Positions 27,277-35,685 of a stretch of 45,791 bases of DNA are shown piece by piece; the stretch's first letter is position 1; every line of letters starts with the position of its first letter. The DNA lies in contig DUMO01000022.1 in NCBI GenBank assembly GCA_012839865.1, positions 1-45,791 of the forward strand. The letters are read 5' to 3'. The stretch is from Clostridiaceae bacterium. GTDB lineage: Bacteria > Bacillota > Clostridia > CAYPLH01 > DUMO01. Position numbers and translations under genes: made by a program. Below the pieces are notes generated by a model. That model was not told the origin of the DNA, ran no database searches, and saw only the letters and a list, made by a program, of their open reading frames with translations.

Positions 27277-30223
27277 TTTCAACTATCCGCTGGTTTTGCT
27301 TCTAATACCCGTTGCAGCGGTGTTTGTTTTACTAACATCAAGAAAAATGTTAAGAATTCCAGGATGGAAAAAAAAGACCATTGCTGTCTTGAGGCTGGCG
27401 GTGCTGGTCCTTGTTATTCTGTCCATATCCGGGTTGGGGATAAAAAAGGTATCTGATGAAGCAACCACAATTTTTGTAGTGGATGCTTCGGAAAGTGTGC
27501 AAAAAAAGCAGGGGGAGATTGAAGACTTTGTAAAGAAAGCCCTTGCAAAGGCCAGGGACAATGACAAGGCGGGAATAATAAGATTCGGGCAGGATGCGCA
27601 GGTAGAGGCCATACCCAGGTTTAATCCTGTTTTTACTGCATTCCAGACCAAAATAAACAGCAGATTCACCAATATTGAACAGGCGTTGAATTTTGCTGCA
27701 ACACTGATACCCGGAGAAGACAGAAAGAGAATTGTTCTTGCAACCGACGGGCGGGAAAATGCAGGAGATGTGCTGAAACAGGCTCGTATATTGAAGCAGC
27801 AGGGCATTGCCCTTGATATTTATCCCATTGTGCCTGCCACCGGCGCGGAGGTACAGTTAAAGAGCATTAAAATACCAGAAAGCATGCGGCTTGATGAAAG
27901 GTTTGAAATTGAAGTCAATATAGACAGTACTGTCAATACAAGCGGGAAACTGAAACTCTTCAGTGATGGAACGCTGGTGGCGGAAAAAACCGTAGAGATT
28001 TCCCAGGGGTTGAACAGGTTTGTGTTTTCAGATACAGCCCGGACCGGTGGAGTGAACGTCTATTCTGCAACCATAGAACCTGACATTGACACCGTCACAA
28101 AAAACAACAGCATGGCAGCTTTCAGTTATGTAGAGGACAAGGCCAATATACTGGTGGTTCAAGGTGAAGACAGGGCAGCAGAAGAGCTTGTCAGAATGCT
28201 TGGGGACAATGCAAACATAAGGATGGTAATGCCCGGCAACGCACCTTCAACTCTTTATGAGATGCTCAAGTATGATGCATTTATACTATCCGATGTCTCT
28301 GCTGAAGACCTTAATGACAGCTTCCTTAATAATCTGGAGGCCGCAGTAAAACTGCAGGGAAAAGGGCTTCTGGTTACAGGGGGTGAAAACAGCTATGCGG
28401 TGGGGGGATATTACAAGACTCCCCTTGAAACAATACTGCCGGTAAACATGGACATAACACCAAAGGAGGAGGTCCCAAACCTTGGACTGGTTCTTGTGAT
28501 TGACAAGTCGGGAAGCATGGGGGCAGGACAATATGGCATTTCCAAAATGGAGCTTGCAAAAGAAGCTGCCATTAGAGCTACTGAAGTACTCACTGAAAAT
28601 GATTCAATCGGGATTATTGCATTTGACTCGGCGGTAAAGTGGGTCGCAGAGCTTCAAAGGGTGAAGGACCTTGAAAAAATTCAGGATGCCATAGGTACAA
28701 TCCGGCCTGATGGGGGCACCAGCATATTGCCGCCCCTGGAAGAAGCTTACCGCGCGCTTTCGGAGGCAGATACGAAACTCAAACATGTAATTTTGCTGAC
28801 CGACGGACAGGCTGAAAAATCAGGCTATGAACCGGTAATAGAAGGAATGAGGAATGCAGGGATAACCCTGTCAACAGTGGCGGTGGGATTGGAAGCTGAC
28901 GCAGAACTCTTGCAAATGCTTGCTGACTGGGGCAATGGCAGGTTCTATATGACAGACGAATTTTCCGACATACCAAAAATATTTGCAAAAGAGACTTTTC
29001 TTGCGGCAAAAGCTTATTTGAACAATCGCACCTTCACTCCCGGATTAAAAAACTGGTCCGAAATCCTGGAGGGTATAGATTTCATCCCCTCATTGGACGG
29101 GTATGTGGGCACTACAGCAAAGAATACGGCAAAGGTAATTTTGCAAAGCGACATTGGAGATCCGATACTGGCTGCCTGGCAGTATGGCCTTGGCAGGACG
29201 GTTGCCTGGACATCTGACTCAAAAGGCGTCTGGACTTCCGGGTGGCTGAAGTGGGAAGGCTCTCCGCGTTTTTGGAATAATATCGTTTCATGGATTTCCC
29301 AAAAAAGACTCCTGGAGGATTATTCCGTACAAGGCAGGCTGGAAAACGGTAAAGGCGTTATTGAATTGACGCTTTCCCAGGTGGAGAATCCGGAAAACAT
29401 GGTTATTGATGCTGTTATGACAAGCCCTTCCGGTATTGAGGAAGAAATCAGGCTCAATGCCGTTTCACCGGTGCTTTACAGCGGAATTTTCAACACCCAT
29501 GAAACAGGAGTCTATATAGCCAATATCACCGTGAAGGACGGGAATGATGAAATCAAGTCTTTAAGTTCAGGAATTGCCATACCTTATTCACCGGAATATA
29601 ACATTGTCCGGGAAGATTCGAATAATTTTTTTGAGAAGCTTGCATATGAGAGCGGAGGAAGGATTATAAAGAGCCCCGATGAGGTTTTTTCAGGAGAGCT
29701 GCCGCCGGTTGCCGGCATCAGCGACCTGACACCGCTTTTGATTATACTGTCGATGATATTGCTGATGGTTGAAGTTGCATTCAGAAGACTTGGAATTTCT
29801 TTTGGCAAGGTCCGGATGGCTGTTGCAAAAGCAAGGGGCCTTTTGGAAAGGGTAATTGGACCATTCCGGTGTGAAGACAATATTGGTGTACGGGAAGGTG
29901 AAACCGGTCCGGAAGGTATAGTCCATACCAATCCACATGAAAAAAACACGGGCGTTCAGAATGGTGAAAGTAGCAAGGAAATAACAGAGCAACCTGACCG
30001 GCTTGAATCTGGTATTATTATTCAGAAAGGTAAAACCAGTCATGAATTGGAGACCCGCCATCAAAAGAGTGAGACTAATTCAGGCGTTGAGGAAGGACAA
30101 CCTGAAACTTCTTCCAATAACCGTGGAAAGGCAACACACCCCAAGAAGCGGGTTAAGGAGCCTGAAAAAGACAATTCAAGCATTCAGGTACTGCTGGATA
30201 AAAAACGAAAGAGAGAAAGATAG
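27260..30223 (+). CDS. Double-vWA + glutamine-amidotransferase-like membrane protein
   Basis: vWA1 DASES...TDGREN; GATase-like YDAFILSDV...GKGLLVTGGENSY; vWA2 DKSGS...GGTSI...TDGQ; AWQYGLGRTVAWTSD; C-terminal TM and charged tail. Confidence 0.88.
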   Translation: MQMAFSFNYPLVLLLIPVAAVFVLLTSRKMLRIPGWKKKTIAVLRLAVLVLVILSISGLGIKKVSDEATTIFVVDASESVQKKQGEIEDFVKKALAKARDNDKAGIIRFGQDAQVEAIPRFNPVFTAFQTKINSRFTNIEQALNFAATLIPGEDRKRIVLATDGRENAGDVLKQARILKQQGIALDIYPIVPATGAEVQLKSIKIPESMRLDERFEIEVNIDSTVNTSGKLKLFSDGTLVAEKTVEISQGLNRFVFSDTARTGGVNVYSATIEPDIDTVTKNNSMAAFSYVEDKANILVVQGEDRAAEELVRMLGDNANIRMVMPGNAPSTLYEMLKYDAFILSDVSAEDLNDSFLNNLEAAVKLQGKGLLVTGGENSYAVGGYYKTPLETILPVNMDITPKEEVPNLGLVLVIDKSGSMGAGQYGISKMELAKEAAIRATEVLTENDSIGIIAFDSAVKWVAELQRVKDLEKIQDAIGTIRPDGGTSILPPLEEAYRALSEADTKLKHVILLTDGQAEKSGYEPVIEGMRNAGITLSTVAVGLEADAELLQMLADWGNGRFYMTDEFSDIPKIFAKETFLAAKAYLNNRTFTPGLKNWSEILEGIDFIPSLDGYVGTTAKNTAKVILQSDIGDPILAAWQYGLGRTVAWTSDSKGVWTSGWLKWEGSPRFWNNIVSWISQKRLLEDYSVQGRLENGKGVIELTLSQVENPENMVIDAVMTSPSGIEEEIRLNAVSPVLYSGIFNTHETGVYIANITVKDGNDEIKSLSSGIAIPYSPEYNIVREDSNNFFEKLAYESGGRIIKSPDEVFSGELPPVAGISDLTPLLIILSMILLMVEVAFRRLGISFGKVRMAVAKARGLLERVIGPFRCEDNIGVREGETGPEGIVHTNPHEKNTGVQNGESSKEITEQPDRLESGIIIQKGKTSHELETRHQKSETNSGVEEGQPETSSNNRGKATHPKKRVKEPEKDNSSIQVLLDKKRKRER

Positions 30224-30266
30224 TTAAAACCATGTATTCTGAAAAAAATGTTTTTATCAAATAAAA

Positions 30267-30296
30267 ACACCAACACCTTTTAAAAGGTGCTGGTGT
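30267..30296. terminator. Hairpin between convergent genes (likely bidirectional terminator)
   Basis: ACACCAACACCTTTT / AAAAGGTGCTGGTGT, one mismatch. Confidence 0.55.
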
Positions 30297-30381
30297 GAAA
30301 GCCTGTATCATTTACTGAAAAAACATCTATTGGTTTACCGCTGAAATTCCACTTGAACTTTCAGCTTTAAAAAGGCATCTG

Positions 30382-31197
30382 TCAAACCGCTGCGGAATCC
30401 ATACTGCTCTTTTCCCTGTATATCATAATATAGAACGTAAAAAGTGCGAATGAAGAAAGTGCAGGAATAATACTTGTTATTATAGGTCCGATAACAGGGA
30501 TGATATCCAGGAAGCTCAGTATAAATCCTACAATCGCGCTTGCAACGGATATAAGCAAAGTTATACCCACGACAACCAAGAGGTTTTTAGATACTATACT
30601 GATTGACTTTTTTAAAGCATCAAATACACTGAGGTTTTCAATGACCATTGATGGGAACCACAAGCCAAGCAGTGCATTTATTACAAAGCTCAAAATCAAA
30701 ATGGCGATGAAAGCCAATACTGCAATAATAATACCAAACCATTTAAGCAGAATTACAAGCAGTGAAAGCAGCAAAATTACCAAAAACATGGCAATACCGA
30801 TTATGAAAAAGACAACCAGCGTACCAAGCCAGTATAATATGTACTTAACTATATTTTCCTTCAAGGCGGGAACAAAATCATTCAGATCTGCGTGACCTGT
30901 TGCAGCAGCTTTATTTATCATACCGTATGTAGCAGGGAGCACAACAAACGCTAAAACAAACGAAATAATGCCGGCTCCGACAAACAGCGGCATAATTGAA
31001 GATATGATGCCCAATATCTCAGCAGGGTCCCGCATCGCCGAAGGGTCGCTGAGTAAACTCATCCATCTGCCGGCGTCTGATAACAAGCTGACTGTTCTGC
31101 TTCCGAGTACTGCCGGGATTACCTGCATTGCCCAAAGTGGAATTGCCAGAAGATAATTTTTGATTATGAAATTTACTGTTTTTTCTAAGTATTTCAT
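30382..31197 (-). CDS. Integral membrane protein of unknown function (multi-TM)
   Basis: 271-aa hydrophobic ORF with an AGGAGGT RBS; P...ENLSVFDALKKS pattern common in small multi-TM families. Confidence 0.75.
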   Translation of the reverse strand: MKYLEKTVNFIIKNYLLAIPLWAMQVIPAVLGSRTVSLLSDAGRWMSLLSDPSAMRDPAEILGIISSIMPLFVGAGIISFVLAFVVLPATYGMINKAAATGHADLNDFVPALKENIVKYILYWLGTLVVFFIIGIAMFLVILLLSLLVILLKWFGIIIAVLAFIAILILSFVINALLGLWFPSMVIENLSVFDALKKSISIVSKNLLVVVGITLLISVASAIVGFILSFLDIIPVIGPIITSIIPALSSFALFTFYIMIYREKSSMDSAAV

Positions 31198-31352
31198 AAG
31201 CTTACCGACCTCCTTTTCATATTAAATTCTATTCTCCGGCGGATGAAAAAATCCTTTTTTTTATTAATTTTTTAAGCATTTTATTAATATTGGACAAACA
31301 TATGTTAAAATTTCTGAAAAAAGTACTGCTTATCACCAGCAGGTAATGGTGA

Positions 31353-32825
31353 TTGGAAGGCAAAGGGGGGATTAGAGAGAAAGGACGGAAAACGGCTGTT
31401 TTTATTTATATATTTATAGCATTTCTTATTTTGGTAATAGGATGTAATAAAAAAAATGATAATATAAGTATAGCGAAGGAAGGTGATAATATTATAACGC
31501 TTGAGAATAATCTTATTTCAATTTCATTTTCCAGGGAAAATGGAATTATATGCAGCCTTATTGACAAGGAAAAGGATATTGAGTTTGTTGCTTTCCAAGA
31601 CTATAGCAATCCTTTAACCTAAAAAAGGAATGAGTGTTGCGTATCCTGTAATTGTAAAGCTCTTAAAAGAAGGAAGCTGGTATGAAGCGGCAGATATATA
31701 CAAGGAATGGGCAACCAGGCAAGTCTGGTGTCAAAAGGGTGAATTATCAAAGCTTGATAATACAGACAAAGCAGAGTGGCTTCTTGAAGATACGGGTCTG
31801 GTCACATTCGGCATTAATGCTCCTTATGATCGAAGCCTATGGATAAAAAAGTACTCTGAAGCTATTGATACTGAAATATTCCATATTCTTGGACCGGATT
31901 GGGCATTTTCAGGACAGAATTATTATAACCATATACCCGGAGGATATAGTGACTGGTTCCCTGCATTTTTTCACAAAAACAATATTAATGCAATAAGAGA
32001 TCAAAACGATAAATTTGCACCATTTGAACTTGATCTGATTATAAATAAAAACGGCGCAGATGCAGCAAAAGTGAGAGAATCCCTGCAAAAATTTCCGACA
32101 GTTTTCAGAACTTATGACGGAGGCAGGTTCAACTTCTTATGTCCGGTAGCACCATTTACACAAGACCTGCATGTAAGAAGAGATGAACGTCTTGCTAAAG
32201 ATTATGATATTGATGCAATGTATTATGATATTTCAGCGAACAACACGATTCATATTTGCCTGGATTCAAGTCATGGCCATACTGCCGGAGCAGGAAGCGA
32301 ACTGACAAAAGCATACCGCCGTATTTATGCCGATACCAAAAAAGCAATGAACACTGCTAGCCCCGCGGGTATGAGTTTTCCGAAGAAATGGCTGATTATG
32401 TAAAACAATATGCAAAGCTCAGGACGGGAGCAGGCAGCAAATATCTCGCATATGGCACAATGCAGAGACCTTTTGAACTTAACCCTGAGAAAATAGAACT
32501 GGATTGGTATTTATACAATTGTGCGACAAAGCATACCGGATTATACAACAAAAGTGGAGTTGACAAAGCAGACTCATTGATTAACTCGGTATGGACCTAT
32601 CAGAACAGCAGCTTAGGAATGTTTTTTGCAAATGTTTCAGACGAAGATAAAACTATTAAGGTTTCTGTGAACTTAAGCCAATACAAACTAAATCGAAAAG
32701 ATTATAAGCTAAGGATTTTCGAGGATGGAGAACAAAAGGAAATAGGGAAATTATCCCATAATGAGCAAAAAGAAATTGAATTGATTATACCGGCCAAAAA
32801 AGTGATTATGGTGGAAGCATATTAG
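31353..32825 (+). pseudogene. Fragmented lipoprotein, DUF6259-like glycoside-hydrolase-like family, in three pieces
   Basis: Piece 1 (31353-31622) has a lipobox (LVIGC) and TLENNLISISF; piece 2 (31630-32403) has GSWYEAADIY and MYYDISA; piece 3 (32388-32825) has KYLAYGTMQRP. Each piece is in a different frame, with abrupt junctions. Confidence 0.6.
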
Positions 32826-32891
32826 TAGTTATCATTTTATAAACAATAGCTTTCATACAGGTATTTGCAGCAAGACCTTGCAAACAAGATG

Positions 32892-32920
32892 TTGACTGTG
32901 AGTGCAGCGGGTGGTATAAT
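32892..32920 (+). promoter_or_regulatory. sigmaA promoter upstream of the FMN riboswitch
   Basis: TTGACT, 17 bp, TG-N-TATAAT. Confidence 0.8.
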
Positions 32921-32944
32921 TCGTATATAACTGAATGAAAATAT

Positions 32945-33068
32945 AATCTTCAGGGCAGGGTGCAATTCCCGACCGGCGGTAATATGGCGCATGAGCCGTT
33001 AGCCCGCGAGCGAAAGCTGACCTGGTTGGATTCCGGGGCCGACAGTAAAGTCTGGATGGAAGAAGATT
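32945..33068 (+). promoter_or_regulatory. FMN riboswitch (RFN element)
   Basis: AATCTTCAGGGCAGGGTGCAATTCCCGACCGGCGGT...AGCCCGCGAGC...CCGACAGTAAAGTCTGGATGGAAGAAGATT, all canonical RFN segments. Confidence 0.97.
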
Positions 33069-33089
33069 ATTGGCGTGTAAAAATGCTAT

Positions 33090-33119
33090 TCCCTGAAATT
33101 ATATTTTCAGGGATTTTTT
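33090..33119 (+). terminator. Riboswitch expression-platform terminator
   Basis: TCCCTGAAA / TTTCAGGGA stem followed by T6, between the aptamer and the start codon. Confidence 0.8.
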
Positions 33120-33149
33120 ATTTTGTTAGCTTAAGGGAGGTCTTTTTAA

Positions 33150-33740
33150 ATGAAACTAAATGCAAATAAAATTGCAAGGATGGGTATTCTGTCAGCTCTT
33201 TCAGTATTGCTTATGCTGGTTATACATTTTCCAATTTTTCCATCGGCAGATTTTCTGGAATTTGATATAGCAAATGTACCCATATTGATAGGAACATTCC
33301 TTTACGGTCCTATTGAAGGATTGATAATCACATTTGTGGTGTGCGTTATCCAGGCGGCTACTGTAAGCCAGGCCAGCGGCATTGCAGGAGCATTTATGCA
33401 TTTTGTTGCCACTGGTACGCTTGTGATTGTTGCAGGATATATTTATAAGAAGGTGCATACTCTGAAGGGGGCAATTATAGGTCTTATAGCCGGATCCCTT
33501 GCCATGACCGGTGCAATGGTTCCCCTTAACCTGGTGGTAACGCCAAGATTTCGCGGTGTTCCTGTCGAAGTTATTGTTCCCATGCTGCTGCCGATTATTG
33601 TACCCTTTAATATTATTAAATCCTTCGGGAATTCCTTAATTGTCTTGCTGGTATACAAATCGGCGGGACGCGTTTTAAGGATACCGCAGAAAACTTTGAC
33701 CCAGTCAGTGGAGGGCAAGGATTTCAAAGCGGTAAAATGA
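33150..33740 (+). CDS. ribU: ECF transporter S component, riboflavin-specific
   Basis: FPIFPSADFLEFDIANVPILIG..LYGP S-component signature; specificity inferred from the FMN riboswitch. Confidence 0.85.
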   Translation: MKLNANKIARMGILSALSVLLMLVIHFPIFPSADFLEFDIANVPILIGTFLYGPIEGLIITFVVCVIQAATVSQASGIAGAFMHFVATGTLVIVAGYIYKKVHTLKGAIIGLIAGSLAMTGAMVPLNLVVTPRFRGVPVEVIVPMLLPIIVPFNIIKSFGNSLIVLLVYKSAGRVLRIPQKTLTQSVEGKDFKAVK

Positions 33741-33816
33741 TAGCAGAATGAGTAGCAGTTCAGACATGGTACTTATAAACCAGCTATTTGGCATAGGTAA
33801 TAGAGTAGCTGAAATG

Positions 33817-33866
33817 AATGAAATGTATGCAGAAGAATAACAAATGGCTTCTGCATACATTTCATT
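33817..33866 (+). terminator. Terminator after ribU
   Basis: Perfect 19-bp stem AATGAAATGTATGCAGAAG / CTTCTGCATACATTTCATT followed by TTT. Confidence 0.8.
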
Positions 33867-34003
33867 TTTGCGAAATTATGTCTGAACAGAAGTCAAAGGG
33901 CTGTGGTGTGAGTTTAATGAAACCGTCAAGCCTCTTTAAAAAATATTAACTTCTGCTATAATGGTATAGGATGTAAAAAAATCCGGAAAGGAAGTGTACC
34001 GGT

Positions 34004-34873
34004 TTGAACGTACGCAAAGCCATTTTCCCTGTCGCCGGAAGGGGAACAAGGTTTTTACCGGCTACAAAGGCTCAACCCAAAGAAATGTTGCCCATAGTCG
34101 ATAAGCCTACTGTGCAATATGGGGTTGAAGAAGCAATGGATTCAGGAATCGAGAGTATTATTATGGTCACAGGCCGTAACAAAAGGGCTATGGAAGACCA
34201 TTTTGACATCGCTTATGAACTGGAGGAAGAACTCAGAAAGAGCGGAAAGACCGATTTGCTTAAGCTTGTGCAGGACATTTCCGGAATGGTTGATATTCAT
34301 TATATCAGGCAGAAGGAATCGAGGGGTCTGGGCCATGCAATTTTATGTGCACGAACATTTATTGACGATGAGCCCTTTGCGGTTCTGCTCCCGGATGATT
34401 TGATAGTATCCGATGTTCCATGCCTGAAGCAGTTGATTAATGTTTACAATGAATACAAGACAACGGTTATTGCAATACAAAAGGTACCTCACGAGGATGT
34501 ATCGAAATATGGAATTGTGAGCTGCAAACAGGTTGATGACAAGGTTTACAAAATAAATGACCTTATTGAGAAGCCCGAACCTGATAAAGCGCCTTCAGAT
34601 ATGGCCATTATAGGCAGATATATTATCACACCTTCAATATTTGAGCATATTGAAAAGACGGAACCTGGAAAAGCTAAAGAAATTCAGCTTACAGACGCTC
34701 TGAAGAGTCTTATGCATAACGAGGCCATGTACGCATATGAGTTTGAAGGAAAACGGTATGATGTGGGTGACAGGCTTGGATTTTTGCAGGCAAATGTTGA
34801 ATTTGCCCTGAACAGGGATGATTTGCGAGAAGAGTTTTCAAAATACCTTAAGGAAATTGCAAAAACATTGTAA
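34004..34873 (+). CDS. galU: UTP-glucose-1-phosphate uridylyltransferase
   Basis: KAIFPVAGRGTRFLPATKAQPKEMLP, RGLGHAIL, EKP, IGRYI, EIQLTDAL. Confidence 0.96.
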   Translation: MNVRKAIFPVAGRGTRFLPATKAQPKEMLPIVDKPTVQYGVEEAMDSGIESIIMVTGRNKRAMEDHFDIAYELEEELRKSGKTDLLKLVQDISGMVDIHYIRQKESRGLGHAILCARTFIDDEPFAVLLPDDLIVSDVPCLKQLINVYNEYKTTVIAIQKVPHEDVSKYGIVSCKQVDDKVYKINDLIEKPEPDKAPSDMAIIGRYIITPSIFEHIEKTEPGKAKEIQLTDALKSLMHNEAMYAYEFEGKRYDVGDRLGFLQANVEFALNRDDLREEFSKYLKEIAKTL

Positions 34874-35004
34874 TTTCCAGAATTGCGCTTTTCGGGAATA
34901 TAGATGACGCATTAATCATTTAATGGCCGATGGAAAATTTATGAATAAAACTTTCAAATAAGCGGATAATACCTATAAATCAATTTTTTATAGGTATTAT
35001 TTTT

Positions 35005-35616
35005 ATGAAAAGGATTAACGGGTTCTTTACCGCATTTTTAATAATATTATTTAATTTAATATTTGTATATTCTGTAATAGGGTATATAGCGGAAAGCCCT
35101 ATGTGGCTTTTTGCCGGCCGGGATCCAGGGAGTGAAGGAGAGCCCCATGCCGGGACGGTTGATTATGACAGTACCGTCAACTCCGAAGAAGCGAAAAACA
35201 GCCATGATGAAGAAAACGGCATTGAAAATAACAAGGCAGATAATAAGGCTGTATCTTTGTTTAACTTCGGGCTTTTTAATAATAAAGCCGCTATAAACGA
35301 CAAAGAAGAAAAGGCTGTATCAGAATTGCTGGACAATGATACCCTGCTATCCTTTGCTGGCATTTCGGGTATAGACGTGTTATCCTGTTTCAAGGACATA
35401 AGTGCAGTTGACAGAATTACTGCTTTTGCATTAATTAATAAAATCGGCATTGAAAACATCGAAAAAATTATTGAGTATCTGCAAAATGGATTAAGTTACA
35501 GTGAATTATCACAAATAATTGACATAATATACGAAAACCTTTCGAAAGAAGAGATTGAAATTATGGAAGATATCATAGTACGAAATTTTAGAAATCCGGA
35601 ATTATCAAAGCCTTAA
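35005..35616 (+). CDS. Hypothetical membrane-anchored protein
   Basis: 203-aa ORF with an N-terminal TM, acidic linker and helical C-terminus; no family recognised. Confidence 0.65.
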   Translation: MKRINGFFTAFLIILFNLIFVYSVIGYIAESPMWLFAGRDPGSEGEPHAGTVDYDSTVNSEEAKNSHDEENGIENNKADNKAVSLFNFGLFNNKAAINDKEEKAVSELLDNDTLLSFAGISGIDVLSCFKDISAVDRITAFALINKIGIENIEKIIEYLQNGLSYSELSQIIDIIYENLSKEEIEIMEDIIVRNFRNPELSKP

Positions 35617-35621
35617 AATAA

Positions 35622-35670
35622 CCAACCCGGGCTGCAGGCATTCTACTTCCATGCTTACAGCCCGGGTTGG
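35622..35670. terminator. GC-rich hairpin between convergent genes
   Basis: CCAACCCGGGCTG / CAGCCCGGGTTGG perfect 13-bp stem. Confidence 0.7.
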
Positions 35671-35685
35671 ATTGGAAACCAAAGA

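Noticed and set aside
32356..32368. Adjacent NheI (GCTAGC) and SacII (CCGCGG) sites at a pseudogene junction, suggesting engineering
   Set aside because: Two 6-mers can co-occur by chance, and there is no vector, marker or scar sequence.
32960..33169. 69-aa ORF upstream of ribU
   Set aside because: It lies on the FMN riboswitch and its terminator.
34943..34972. Sporulation sigmaF/G-like promoter (GAATA...GGATAATAC) before the 35005 gene
   Set aside because: The match to the -10 consensus is too loose to support by eye.
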